A stretch of DNA of 60,831 bases, filler included. It is 4 parts of 4 records of this genome, joined end to end, with 100 filler letters (N's around TTAATTAATTAA, not from the genome) between each part and the next. Parts side by side here need not be neighbours in the genome. Positions count along the whole stretch, not along the records: positions 14,164 to 24,847 come from DRR723986_2415; positions 24,948 to 49,836 come from DRR723986_2416; 2 more parts are not named here. One strand, 5' to 3'. This document shows, piece after piece, positions 21,201-30,290 of this stretch (its first letter is position 1; each line of letters begins with the position of its first letter). The notes beneath the pieces were generated by a model, which was not told the DNA's origin, ran no database searches, and worked only from the letters and a program-made list of their open reading frames with translations. The translations under genes were made by a program, and so were the position numbers.

Positions 21201-21427
21201 GCGGCCTGGCGCCCATGATTTTCGAAACCTCACGCCAGGCAAAATTCATGATCCCGATGGCCATTTCACTGGGCTACGGCATTTTGTTCGCCACTGCCAT
21301 TACACTGTTGCTGGTGCCTTGCCTGTATCTGATGATCGATGATATTCGGCGCTTGATGGGCACAAGCCCAGGCCTGGAGCCTGATGAAATTGATTTGACG
21401 AAACTGGAAGAAACCCGCGCCACATGA
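18287..21427 (+). CDS. RND efflux permease (AcrB/AcrD/AcrF family)
   Basis: 1046 aa; YPGASPEDVE, GIVVDDAIV..ENI, GVVVNDS, RFRPIMLT. Confidence 0.95.
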   Translation: MNAASRRRVDRSGPLAWMTKNTVAANILMWVCLIGGVFGFMNMTKEVFPEFELDLVTVSVAYPGASPEDVEQGIVLAIEEAISAIEGIVEVNSTANEGVASVVIEIDESEDAQAVYDRIKQEVDRITTFPGDAEVPNVSLTARKRGVVTLVVHGDTDELSLRNLAEEVRDGLLQNPGITQVDLTETREQEIHVEVPESRLNAYGLTLQGIADNIRANVIEVSGGSISTQSGEILLRVSERRDFANEFAALPIVSPVSGTPLKLGDIATVRDGFQDIDKYATFNGKPSIEISVSRIGDQTPIGISEATQEALERIRPLMPEGIEISVVSDRSDTYKQRQELLAKNAVMGLILVMVLLTIFLDWKLAFWISLGIPIAFLGAMLFLPLFGVTFNMISMFAFIIALGIVVDDAIVAGENIYEYRQQGMSMLDASIQGARDVAVPVTFSILTNIAAFAPLLFVPGFLGKIWGVIPLVVCTVFVVSLMEAIFILPAHLAHSKESKGKFHNWQQKFSKGFSQFIERRYTPIVQKCVEYRYLSMGVGIALMVLVISWPVSGRMGFELFPQVEADQSEVRAQLPLGSTNEQVNLVRDRIVASALKTVEATGGEQQSTGIYASVNENNITVRTYLTPPGVRPVPTAEFTDQWRLDVGNIPGVETIRFAADSGGPGSGPAFTVQLSHRNVDTLRQASEALARELANYPMVSEIDDGFQNGKEQFSFTLKEEARRLGLSSNDIGRQVRAAFFGAEALRQQRGRNEVKVLVMRPETERSAQTDVRDLLIRTPQGTLVPLHSLVEFDDTRAVANITRRDGRRTISVTANVNPRNQAQQVQNATVQDLMPKLMADYPGLSYSFAGRQQDFSEALGGLGKGFMVALLLIYVLLAIPFKSYLQPFVVMLAIPFGIFGAIVGHLMMGYSISIVSMMGILALAGVVVNDSLVMVDYANEKVREGMTPYEAICTSGVRRFRPIMLTTVSTFGGLAPMIFETSRQAKFMIPMAISLGYGILFATAITLLLVPCLYLMIDDIRRLMGTSPGLEPDEIDLTKLEETRAT

Positions 21428-22323
21428 ATTCAGGTTTGAACACCACCGAGTTTTTAACCACCAAGGAAGTGGCTGAATTGCTGCGCATCAAAGAGCGCAA
21501 GCTCTACGACCTGGTCAGTGCACAAGAAATTCCCTGCGTGAAGGCCACCGGCAAACTGCTGTTTCCCAAAGCCGAGCTTTTGCACTGGATACGCACTGGC
21601 GAATTTCTGTCGACCCCCAATAACAATGCACGATTGAATGTGGTTGCAGGCAGCCACGACCCGCTTCTGGAATGGGCCATTCGTGAATCGGGTTGTGGTT
21701 TGGCCATGCAATTTGATGGCAGCTTGAGCGGGCTTGATGTGTTTGAGAACAAGGGTGCGGTGGCCACCGGTTTGCACGTACTCAGTGTCAACAACACCCC
21801 CAATACCACGGCCTGGAATACACATGCGGTGCAAAACCGTTTTGCAACAAGCAATGTGGTGTTGGTGCATTGGGCCAAGCGGCAACAGGGTTTGATTGTG
21901 CCGCAAGGCAATCCGAAGAAAATTAGCAGCGTGGCTGATTTGCCTGCGTTGAAAATTGCCACACGCCAGGCTGGTGCAGGCGGTATGATTTTGTTCGAGC
22001 ACCTGCTGCACACGCACGGCCTTGATTTGGCAGCGTTGAATATCTCGGAAAACTGCCGAACCGAAAACGACACAATTGCTGCAGTGGCCAGCGGAAAAGC
22101 CGATGCGGCGCCCGGTTTGCAAGCACTGGCCCTGCAATTTGGCCTTGGCTTTGTGCCCACACAACAGGAAAATTTTGATTTAATGGTGTGCCGCAAAGCA
22201 TGGTTTGAGCCGCCTTTTCAAACACTTATTCAGTTCACCAACAGCAGCGAATTCAAGAAAAAGGCACAACAATTTGAAGGCTACAACACCACGGCAATGG
22301 GCACCGTGGTGTGGAATTCTTAA
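21424..22323 (+). CDS. Excisionase-type HTH + PBP-like (molybdate/tungstate-binding) transcriptional regulator
   Basis: FLTTKEVAELLRIKERKLY..IPCVKATGKLLFP HTH; AGSHDP, GSL.GL, RQ.GAG, VASGKAD of the PBP-like domain; next to tup genes. Confidence 0.85.
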   Translation: MNSGLNTTEFLTTKEVAELLRIKERKLYDLVSAQEIPCVKATGKLLFPKAELLHWIRTGEFLSTPNNNARLNVVAGSHDPLLEWAIRESGCGLAMQFDGSLSGLDVFENKGAVATGLHVLSVNNTPNTTAWNTHAVQNRFATSNVVLVHWAKRQQGLIVPQGNPKKISSVADLPALKIATRQAGAGGMILFEHLLHTHGLDLAALNISENCRTENDTIAAVASGKADAAPGLQALALQFGLGFVPTQQENFDLMVCRKAWFEPPFQTLIQFTNSSEFKKKAQQFEGYNTTAMGTVVWNS

Positions 22324-22339
22324 GGCTTATTGAGACGCC

Positions 22340-23158
22340 TCATTTGCCAGCATTGGGAAAAAACAAAGACTGTCCATTCTGCTGAAACCCCGCAATCGTG
22401 GCTTGCCCTTTGGCAGACACCAACCAGTTCACGAATGCATGGCCCAACTCACTTTTCACATTGGGGCACTTGGCTGGGTTCACTGCGATAACCCCGTATT
22501 GATTGAACAAGGTAGGGTCACCTTCCACCGCAATCTTGAAGTTGCCTTTGTTGCCAAATGCAATCCAGCTGGCGCGATCGGCCAACACATATGCGCCCAT
22601 GCCCACACCGGTGTTCAAGGTGGCTCCCATGCCTGAACCTGTCTCGCGGTACCACTTGCCACTGGCTGCCTTCACATCCACATTGGCTGCCTTCCACAGT
22701 TCCTGTTCTTTCTTGTGGGTGCCGCTGTCATCTCCGCGTGAGGCAAACAAAGCCTTTTTATCAGCAATTGTTTTGAACGATTTCACGACATCCTTGCTGC
22801 CTGCCACACCCGCTGGGTCGTTGCCGGGGCCAACCACCACAAAGTCGTTGTACATCACATCAAGACGCTTCACGCCATAACCATCGGCCACAAACTTTTC
22901 TTCAGCAGCCTTGGCATGCACCAGTACCACATCACCATCGCAATTTTGCGCGTTCTTCAAAGCCTGGCCAGTGCCCACCGCCACCACGCGAACTTCAATG
23001 CCAGTGTCCGCTTTGAATGCAGGCAGCAGGTGATCAAACAACCCGGAGTTTTGAGTCGAGGTGGTGGATTGAACAATGATGAATTTGTCAGCAGCTTGTG
23101 CTTGCGCAAACAGGCCTGTGGCCAACAATGCGGCAAGCAATCGAATTCTTTTTGTCAT
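22340..23158 (-). CDS. tupA: Tungstate ABC transporter substrate-binding protein
   Basis: Diagnostic STTSTQNSGL, AVGTGQAL, MYNDFV.VGP, SRGDDSGTH..E. Confidence 0.92.
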   Translation of the reverse strand: MTKRIRLLAALLATGLFAQAQAADKFIIVQSTTSTQNSGLFDHLLPAFKADTGIEVRVVAVGTGQALKNAQNCDGDVVLVHAKAAEEKFVADGYGVKRLDVMYNDFVVVGPGNDPAGVAGSKDVVKSFKTIADKKALFASRGDDSGTHKKEQELWKAANVDVKAASGKWYRETGSGMGATLNTGVGMGAYVLADRASWIAFGNKGNFKIAVEGDPTLFNQYGVIAVNPAKCPNVKSELGHAFVNWLVSAKGQATIAGFQQNGQSLFFPNAGK

Positions 23159-23172
23159 GGTATCTCCTCGTT

Positions 23173-23934
23173 TTAAATCAGCAACTCGCCTGCCAGGTAA
23201 GCCTTCGCCTCCCGGCTGGCGGGTGTTCTCAAAAATTCATCCGTGGCTTGAATGGCATGAACCCTGCCCTTGTGTACAAAGATCACCTCATCAGCAAGCC
23301 GTGAAGCTTGGCCTTGATCGTGCGTCACCACAATCACTTTCACGCCACATTGGCTGGCGCGAATCACGATGTTCTCAATCAAGGCTGTGGCTTGGGGATC
23401 GAGGCTGGCGCTGGGCTCATCCAGAATGAGCAACCCTGGCTTTGCTGCCAGGGCGCGCAGAAGTGTCAAGCGTTGCTGTTCACCCCCCGAGAGCTTTCTT
23501 GCGGGGGACTTGGCCAGGTTTTGCATCCCCCCCAGATCGAGCAGCGCGCCGGCGCGCAATGACCTTTGACCACGCTCAACACCCGCGATTGCAAGGGCAT
23601 GGAGCAGGTTGTCTTGCACACTGCGGCGCAACAACACCGGGCGCTGAAACACGAAACCAATTTGATCGCGAGGAATTCGGTTGCTCTGGTTGAAACGCAC
23701 AGAACCTTGCCCAGGCATGAGCAAGCCGGCGAGCAAACGCAAAATCAGGCTTTTGCCTGCGCCGTTGGGCCCCATGATCGCGGTAATGCCTTGTGCGCCA
23801 ATCTCCAGGTTTAAATTACTGAAAATAAGGTGCTTGCCAAATGAAAGGTGAACGCCTTCAAACTGAATTGGCAAGTGGGCTGAAAACGGTTTTGCGGGGG
23901 CCAGCAAAGCAAGATCGCTATTCATCTTAAGCAT
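23173..23934 (-). CDS. tupC: Tungstate ABC transporter ATP-binding protein
   Basis: GPNGAGKS, LSGGEQQR, LDEPSASLDP; lies between tupB and tupA. Confidence 0.88.
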   Translation of the reverse strand: MLKMNSDLALLAPAKPFSAHLPIQFEGVHLSFGKHLIFSNLNLEIGAQGITAIMGPNGAGKSLILRLLAGLLMPGQGSVRFNQSNRIPRDQIGFVFQRPVLLRRSVQDNLLHALAIAGVERGQRSLRAGALLDLGGMQNLAKSPARKLSGGEQQRLTLLRALAAKPGLLILDEPSASLDPQATALIENIVIRASQCGVKVIVVTHDQGQASRLADEVIFVHKGRVHAIQATDEFLRTPASREAKAYLAGELLI

Positions 23935-24634
23935 AGGCCCTCTTTTGCGCGCTGTTTTTCAGCAAGAACAGGCCCGCATTGATCAGGATGGAAAGCACAA
24001 CCAGAATAATCCCGAGTCCTAGCGCCAGCGCCAGCTCTCCTTTGGAGGTTTCCAATGCGATGGTGGTGGTCATCACCCGGGTGACATTTGCAATGTTGCC
24101 ACCCACGATAATCACGGCGCCCACCTCGGCCAGGGCACGGCCCAAACCAGCCAATGCACTGGTCAACAACGAATAGCGGGCATCCACAATCAAAGTACAA
24201 ATGGTTTGAATGCGACTGGCATTCATGGCGCGCAGCATTTCATCGTATTCGCCATACAGGTCTTCAATCACTTGCCGGGCCAGCGCCGCCACAATTGGGG
24301 TGACCAGCACCACCTGCGCAATCACCATGGCCGTTGGGGTGTACAGCAACTGAAGAAAGCCCAACGGACCCGCGGCTGACAGCAACAGATAGATCACTAG
24401 ACCCACTACCACAGGGGGCAAACCCATGAGGGAGTTCAAAAACACTACCAAGACCATTCGCCCAGGAAACCGACCGATTGCCAAAGCAGCACCAATTGGA
24501 AAACCCAGCAAGCATGCGATGAATACTGCTGTAAACGTGACTTGAAGCGACAAAGCAATAATGTCGATCAAGGTGGGATCAGCTTGCCCAATGAGGGTGA
24601 AGGCTTGAACAAAGGCTTGGGAGAAATCTTGCAT
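23927..24634 (-). CDS. tupB: Tungstate ABC transporter permease
   Basis: MGLPPVVVGL, EVGAVIIVGGNI..TRVMTT.IALETSKG. Confidence 0.92.
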   Translation of the reverse strand: MQDFSQAFVQAFTLIGQADPTLIDIIALSLQVTFTAVFIACLLGFPIGAALAIGRFPGRMVLVVFLNSLMGLPPVVVGLVIYLLLSAAGPLGFLQLLYTPTAMVIAQVVLVTPIVAALARQVIEDLYGEYDEMLRAMNASRIQTICTLIVDARYSLLTSALAGLGRALAEVGAVIIVGGNIANVTRVMTTTIALETSKGELALALGLGIILVVLSILINAGLFLLKNSAQKRAYA

Positions 24635-24714
24635 TTATATGCATTTTTTACGGAACAAATGCAGTGTAATGCCAAATTGCGCGTAATGTCATTGGTAATA
24701 ACACCAGCGGGGAG

Positions 24715-24761
24715 AAAAAAGGCAGAGGACGAATGGTCCGAATTCGGGAATGTCCCCTGCC
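24715..24761 (-). terminator. Long-stem terminator downstream of the flagellin gene
   Basis: Minus strand GGCAGGGGAC...GTCCTCTGCC followed by a T6 tract. Confidence 0.65.
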
Positions 24762-24815
24762 GAAACCAGCTGATCCGATGCTAGTCAGATCAGCCAGTGC
24801 TTGGTCAATTCAGGT

Positions 24816-24847
24816 TTACTGCAACAGGCTCAGTACGTTGTTGGGCA
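24816..24847 (-). CDS. fliC: Flagellin C-terminal fragment (truncated by contig end)
   Basis: Minus strand reads ..P-N-N-V-L-S-L-L-Q-stop, matching the conserved flagellin end (PqnVLsLL); only 9 codons visible. Confidence 0.65.
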
Positions 24848-24947
24848 NNNNNNNNNNNNNNNNNNNNNNNNNNNNNNNNNNNNNNNNNNNNTTAATTAAT
24901 TAANNNNNNNNNNNNNNNNNNNNNNNNNNNNNNNNNNNNNNNNNNNN
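24848..24947. other. Artificial contig-joining spacer
   Basis: N44-TTAATTAATTAA-N44. Confidence 0.99.
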
Positions 24948-25196
24948 GGTCAGCATGATGATGGGTACGAACTTGTAAGCCGCCATTTTTTTCACCTCGC
25001 GTACGAAGGTGAGTCCATCCATGTTGGGCATGTTCAGATCACTCACAATCAAGCTGATTTTTCGGCCATCCAGCTTGGTCAATGCGTCCTTCCCATCACA
25101 ACCTTCCACCACATCAAAACCCTGACTTTTCAGGGTCATTGACACCACTTGGCGCAAGGAGGTGGAGTCATCCACGATCAATACGGTTTTGCTCAT
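24948..25196 (-). CDS. cheY: Chemotaxis response regulator (3'-truncated)
   Basis: LIVDDS, SDLNMPNMDG, YKFVPIIMLT; follows an MCP. Confidence 0.85.
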
Positions 25197-25218
25197 ACAG
25201 GTTCTCGTTCTTGTGTGT

Positions 25219-26415
25219 TTAGAAAAAAGTCAGTTCATCGCTGCTGGCCGCTGGCTTGGCTGCACCGCTGTTGCTGGCCTTGCCACTGTGGTTTACACGT
25301 TCTTCGGCCATGGTGTATTTGCGCTCCAGTTCATGCATCAGCGCAGCCACGTTCAAGGATTCCAGGCCGGTGCTCAGCTGGCCTTTCATTTGGTTCAAGC
25401 TGTCTTGCACATGCCCCAGAATTTGAGACACACGATCCTGAAACTGAAAATGGACTACGGCGTTGTTCAAACTGGAGGACACCTGATTGGTATTGGCAAT
25501 GATTTGTTCACTGGCCTGATGCAATGGCCCGGTGACCTGCTCAAATTGTTCAACGACACCGCTTAGGGTTTCACTGGCCTGGCTGAGCACCTTTTCATCG
25601 CTGCTTTCCATCCGTGCAGCACCGTCGCCCGCTTTCTTGGCAGCCGATGCAATCAGTTGCACGCGCTCACGAATCTTCACGCCAGTTTCTGCAGACAACA
25701 TGGAAAGCTTGCGCACTTCATCGGCCACAATCGAGAAGCCCCGACCGTCCTCGCCGGCACGGGCGGCTTCAATGGCTGCATTCAAGGCCAGCAGATTGGT
25801 ACGGGCTGCAAGGTTCTCTACGGACGCGGCCATCTTGGCCAACTCTTCGGTCGAGGAAATAAAGCCTTTCACCTCGTGCATGATGGTGGCCTTCTCTTCG
25901 AATGAATTCCGAATGCTGCTCAGCATGCCATTGAGGCTTTGCGCCACATGATCAGCCAAGCCGTTTCCGCCACCGGAGGTATTGCCCAACACGTGTGCGG
26001 CACCAGCGGCAACACTGACAGTGTCGTTGAGCTTGCTGTGAATTTCAGAGAAGGCTTCCGCCAGGTTGACAATGCCCATTTCCATCTGTGAATTGGCCGT
26101 GCTCAACTGACTGTTCAAGGTGGGGGCCCAGGTATCAGCCAGTTGGATGAGTTCTGCTTTTTTGTCATCAGTCTTGCCCAACTCACCTACAGTCGAGGAC
26201 AAGGAATCAATCTCGGCCTGCAAGGCAAGCTGTCGCTTTTTACCCAGTTCATGAACGGCCTGTGCGCACAGCAGCAAGGCGACGCCACCAAACGCCAAAG
26301 GCCACACACTGCCCTGAACGATTGCACCCAAGGCCAGGATCCCGACCGATGCGGCAATCAAAACCGTGGGCACAGAGACCCACGCTTGCAATGTGTTCTT
26401 ATTGTGTTTTTTCAT
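25219..26415 (-). CDS. Methyl-accepting chemotaxis protein
   Basis: [42 protein letters not shown]; two N-terminal TM helices. Confidence 0.93.
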   Translation of the reverse strand: MKKHNKNTLQAWVSVPTVLIAASVGILALGAIVQGSVWPLAFGGVALLLCAQAVHELGKKRQLALQAEIDSLSSTVGELGKTDDKKAELIQLADTWAPTLNSQLSTANSQMEMGIVNLAEAFSEIHSKLNDTVSVAAGAAHVLGNTSGGGNGLADHVAQSLNGMLSSIRNSFEEKATIMHEVKGFISSTEELAKMAASVENLAARTNLLALNAAIEAARAGEDGRGFSIVADEVRKLSMLSAETGVKIRERVQLIASAAKKAGDGAARMESSDEKVLSQASETLSGVVEQFEQVTGPLHQASEQIIANTNQVSSSLNNAVVHFQFQDRVSQILGHVQDSLNQMKGQLSTGLESLNVAALMHELERKYTMAEERVNHSGKASNSGAAKPAASSDELTFF

Positions 26416-26587
26416 GAACAGAAATTCCTATCAGTTGTTTGACTGGGCACACTGCGGGTTCAATGGGTGCTGGTGAATGCTCGAACGCCTCATACCATCC
26501 ATTGCCAAAGGCGCCATGCACGGTAAGGTAAGCAGTGGCTACCCACTGATGGAGAACTTGCAGGAATTCGATGAGGGTGCTGCGCAT
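26399..26587 (-). CDS. Small hypothetical protein (62 aa) upstream of the MCP
   Basis: Strong RBS GGAGGA 4 nt before ATG; overlaps the MCP start. Confidence 0.45.
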   Translation of the reverse strand: MRSTLIEFLQVLHQWVATAYLTVHGAFGNGWYEAFEHSPAPIEPAVCPVKQLIGISVHEKTQ

Positions 26588-26764
26588 AAAGTCCTCCGGT
26601 GGACCACTTTGTTAAACGCAGTGAACTTGAATATTTCACGCTTGAAGAAAGTTTGCGCCGATACCCATGTGAGTAATAGGGAGAAAAGAAATGGAAAAGG
26701 GGGCCAATATTGGGTTAATGCACTTGGGGGAATGCAACAAAAGGTTAACTGTGTGAACAAATGT

Positions 26765-26790
26765 AAAAAACCCGCTACAGGAGCGGGTTT
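26765..26790 (-). terminator. Rho-independent terminator
   Basis: AAACCCGCT-(5)-AGCGGGTTT with a T-tract on the minus strand, downstream of 26812-27105. Confidence 0.8.
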
Positions 26791-26811
26791 CAGTTCAATT
26801 CGATGACAATT

Positions 26812-27105
26812 TTATTGAGCGTCGCTGGGTCTTAAAGTCATTCCAAGTGGCCCCTTGATGGTGCCGTCTTCATTGAGGTCATAAATGGTGGTTTCGCCGT
26901 CGCTGGTGATTTTTACCTTTTTGTCTTCAACCTCATAGGTAGCCTCGCGGGTTACACCCATGGTGGACACATACACAGTGCCATTGCCTTGGAACTCATA
27001 CTTTTGCAAACCCAGGTCGTCTTTGTACACACCATCCAGGTTGTTACCACATGCTGTCAACAAGCCGAGCAAACCCAGCATGATGCATGCCTTACGAATG
27101 TTCAT
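26812..27105 (-). CDS. Small lipoprotein
   Basis: Lipobox LLTAC, beta-rich body. Confidence 0.75.
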   Translation of the reverse strand: MNIRKACIMLGLLGLLTACGNNLDGVYKDDLGLQKYEFQGNGTVYVSTMGVTREATYEVEDKKVKITSDGETTIYDLNEDGTIKGPLGMTLRPSDAQ

Positions 27106-27126
27106 GCTTTCAATCCCCTCTCAAGA

Positions 27127-28113
27127 TCAGGCCGTCCAAAACTCCTGCAGGGCCTTGGCCGTGCGGATCGGAATTTCAACCATGGGCAAGTGGCCCACGC
27201 CGTCAAAAAGTAACACATCCGCATGAGGAATAATGGCCTGGTACGTGTAAGCACCGGTGTAATGTACAAGTCGGTCTTCTTTGCCCCACATGATCAGGGT
27301 AGGTGCCTGGGTGGCTGACATGCCTGGGCCATTGGGGTTGGGGGCATTGACAAACATTTGATGAAACAAATGCCGGTTGACGTGGCGACGATTGATCAGA
27401 TCCTGAGCCATGACAGGCGCCAACGCCAAAGCGATGGCCCGGTTGTGTATGGCCAGACTCATCAAGGTGTGGGCTCCGGCAAGACTTTCGACAATCATCG
27501 GGTTGCGACCCTCTTTCAAACCCGCTTCAAAGTGGGTGTGATCAGTGCCTTTGCCACCCGCCGGGTTCATCAAACAAAGGGTTTGAACCAGATGAGGATG
27601 CCGCCCGGCCAGCAAAGCCGACACCAAACCACCCACTGAGTTGCCTACCACATGGGCTTTGCCCGGCACATGGTTTTCAATCCAGGCCGCCACACGGGTA
27701 ACCTGATCATCCAGGCCATAAGGCACATTGGCATTGAACTGGCTTTCCCCCCAACCCGGCAAATCCAGCACAAACAAACGGTGCTGTTTCAACAGGAAAG
27801 GCACCAGTGACAGCCAGTTTTCCTTGTTGGAAGCAAAGCCGTGCAATAACACCACAGGGGTGCCCTCGGAGTTACCGCCTTCCAGCCACACGAGTTTGTG
27901 ATCGAGCACCGTGGCCTGATGACGCTTAAGGCCGGAAAGCCCTGCATGCAATTTGTTGATCAGAGGTACCGCGCTGCGGTTTTTCCATTGGCGAATTTTC
28001 AGGCCGTGCGGCGGACGAGCAAGACTCAGGTACTTGGGCGCCACATCATCCAGAAATGCAAGCTCAAGATGATGCATTCCGGCGAACTCTCTGCCAGTGC
28101 TTACATTGCCCAT
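27127..28113 (-). CDS. Alpha/beta hydrolase (lipase/esterase)
   Basis: LLHGF, DLPGWGES, GNSVGG nucleophile elbow, WGKED, GHLPMVE. Confidence 0.9.
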   Translation of the reverse strand: MGNVSTGREFAGMHHLELAFLDDVAPKYLSLARPPHGLKIRQWKNRSAVPLINKLHAGLSGLKRHQATVLDHKLVWLEGGNSEGTPVVLLHGFASNKENWLSLVPFLLKQHRLFVLDLPGWGESQFNANVPYGLDDQVTRVAAWIENHVPGKAHVVGNSVGGLVSALLAGRHPHLVQTLCLMNPAGGKGTDHTHFEAGLKEGRNPMIVESLAGAHTLMSLAIHNRAIALALAPVMAQDLINRRHVNRHLFHQMFVNAPNPNGPGMSATQAPTLIMWGKEDRLVHYTGAYTYQAIIPHADVLLFDGVGHLPMVEIPIRTAKALQEFWTA

Positions 28114-28260
28114 GAATCAAAACCTCCGGTGTAAATCAAACGTTTGTTTGTTTTATTGACTGTATCATCGAGTGATGTAAAGGTATGGGCATGATGCCGC
28201 GCTGTCAACGATAAAAATAGAGGGGTTTTTACTAATTCAGCAGCTCGGTGAGTCGCTGAC

Positions 28261-28956
28261 TCATTCGTCGTAAGGCTGTATGCCCGTGGCGCTGAGCAAA
28301 TACGCTGCGTCACCCAATTCACTGCTGAATTTGCTCGCAGTCAATTCTCCCCACACCCAGTAGGCCTGCATGGCACCCACCGCTGGCTGGGGCTCGCTCA
28401 ATTTGACATGGATGATCTGGTTCGCAGGTGGTGGCGGCGTGTGAATGCAGGCACCGAAATACGGCACCAGCAAAAGCTCATCCACCCCCTTCTCGCTTTG
28501 CTCAATCGGAATGGCGAACCCGGGAATACGCACTTTTTTACCCGTGTAAGCCGGGTTCACAGGCGCGTCGTTCCAGGCCTTTCGCATTTTCTCGAGGGCC
28601 TCTTGGGCTTTCGGGTCATTGTCCTGCAGTTCGGCGATGTTCAAACCCCGGAATGCCGCCATTGGGTCCCAATCGGCGGGCATGAGGTTGTCCCATTGCA
28701 GCTCGGGAAACGCGGGGTCGAACACCGTGGCAGCCTTGCCCGCCTTTCCGGCATTGCCGGTGAGCCGGTCGCCTACGGCATATTCACCATCGGTCGCCCC
28801 GGAGTCACTGGCAAGTTGGGCCAGTGTCTGCTCCAATTGGGTTGCACCTTCTGAATTTTTGGCAGGCTTGCCAATAAACCACGAGGCAAGGCCATAGCCC
28901 AGTGCGGTCAGCACCACCACTGCCACAACCATCACGATCAGTTTGCCAATTTTCAT
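28261..28956 (-). CDS. DUF3299 protein (ZrgD-like)
   Basis: Start re-set to MKIGKL; W..LMP, VRIPGF..P, LLVPYFGACIH.PPPP.NQII. Confidence 0.85.
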   Translation of the reverse strand: MKIGKLIVMVVAVVVLTALGYGLASWFIGKPAKNSEGATQLEQTLAQLASDSGATDGEYAVGDRLTGNAGKAGKAATVFDPAFPELQWDNLMPADWDPMAAFRGLNIAELQDNDPKAQEALEKMRKAWNDAPVNPAYTGKKVRIPGFAIPIEQSEKGVDELLLVPYFGACIHTPPPPANQIIHVKLSEPQPAVGAMQAYWVWGELTASKFSSELGDAAYLLSATGIQPYDE

Positions 28957-28991
28957 GAAAGACGCACCTGCAAATAACTTTTTATGTTGAA

Positions 28992-30290
28992 TCAATTTGT
29001 TCTGGGGCTTAAACCGTCCTGAAGCTGGTTTCGATAGGCCTGAAACGCGGGCAACAGCCCCAACAAACTTCCAAATGACGCAAAAGCCACCACGGCCGAT
29101 AATCCCGTTCCAAGTTCGTGAAGCCCCACCCATTGCAAACCGAATTGTGCCTGAACCCAGGGTGCAAGTGCGGCACCAGCCAGTGCAAGCACCAACACGC
29201 CCAGAGCAACACCCACCCACATCACCAAAGCGCTTTCAAGGAACAACAATCCAAACACGGTGCGCGGGCCTGCGCCGGTGGAACGCAAGACTGCAAGCTC
29301 TCGCCGGCGCTGGCCCAGTGTTACCAGCATCACACTGGTCAGCCCCAAGGCGCTCACCACAGCGACCAATGCCGCCACAAACAACAATACCCGCTCCACC
29401 AAGCCTACGGTTTGCCACAAGCTGCTTAAAGCCACGCCCGGCAAAATTGCACTCAGTGCGGCATCAGGCCTGTTTTCCAGTTCACGCTGCATGCGAAACA
29501 CGCTCGCCCGGTTGTTCAAACCCACCAACACCGCAGTGACCGACTTGGGTTGCAAGTTGAACTTGGTCACGTACTCAGCCGGAATTTCGGCCCCAGGCAC
29601 TGGTACACCCGCGGCCCAATCCACATGAATGGCCTCCATACCTGCCAGGCTAATGTGCACGCTTTGATCGACCGGAGTGCCGGTGGGCTGCAAAATGCCG
29701 ACTACAGCAAAGGGTTTGTCAGCGTGGCTGGGTTCCGTCTGCTGAATTTGCATGCCATGGCTTAGTGCAATTTTGTCGCCCACCCGATGCTTCAAACGTT
29801 TGGCCACTTCAGAGCCCAACACGGCTTCGAACAATACCGTGGCTGGCTTGCCCACGCTGTAATCCTCAAAGGCCCTTCCCTGAGCAAACTGCAGGTTTTG
29901 TCGCGCACCGTACAAAAACTGCTTGAAATAGACCTCCTTGGTACCCACCACGGCAAAGCCTTGATAGGAATCGCCAAGCGCAATCGGTAGCGCCGACTTC
30001 ACGCGAGGGTCCTGTTCCAGACGCTTGAACTCGGCATAAGGCACATTCCGCGTCGCCTGGCCAATTCGGAATACGCTGTACAGCAAAAGCGAAACCGGGC
30101 TGGTTTGCGCACCGACGATCAAATCCGTACCCGCCACTGCATTTGAAAAACTGGCCTTGGCGCTTTGACGGGCCAAATCGATGCCCAATAACAGGCAGGT
30201 AGACGTAATCACACTGAGCAACAGCAGCAAAAGACTGCCTTTGCGGCTCCATGCACTTCGGCTGGCCAACAGCAGCAGTGTTTGAATCAT
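28992..30290 (-). CDS. FtsX/MacB-type ABC permease (ZrgC-like)
   Basis: GTDLIVGA..S..LLLYSVFRIG, PIALGDSY, RRRELAVLRS.GA. Confidence 0.88.
   Translation of the reverse strand: MIQTLLLLASRSAWSRKGSLLLLLLSVITSTCLLLGIDLARQSAKASFSNAVAGTDLIVGAQTSPVSLLLYSVFRIGQATRNVPYAEFKRLEQDPRVKSALPIALGDSYQGFAVVGTKEVYFKQFLYGARQNLQFAQGRAFEDYSVGKPATVLFEAVLGSEVAKRLKHRVGDKIALSHGMQIQQTEPSHADKPFAVVGILQPTGTPVDQSVHISLAGMEAIHVDWAAGVPVPGAEIPAEYVTKFNLQPKSVTAVLVGLNNRASVFRMQRELENRPDAALSAILPGVALSSLWQTVGLVERVLLFVAALVAVVSALGLTSVMLVTLGQRRRELAVLRSTGAGPRTVFGLLFLESALVMWVGVALGVLVLALAGAALAPWVQAQFGLQWVGLHELGTGLSAVVAFASFGSLLGLLPAFQAYRNQLQDGLSPRTN

Noticed and set aside
21424..21600. Excisionase indicating a prophage or ICE
   Set aside because: The HTH is fused to a PBP-like sensor domain and there is no integrase or att site.
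24640..24810. Moco/Wco riboswitch upstream of tupB
   Set aside because: No recognisable conserved motif; the hairpins are better explained as the flagellin 3' UTR and terminator.
26590..26680. c-di-GMP riboswitch upstream of chemotaxis genes
   Set aside because: GCAAAC is present but the GAAA-loop stem and the second conserved hairpin are not.
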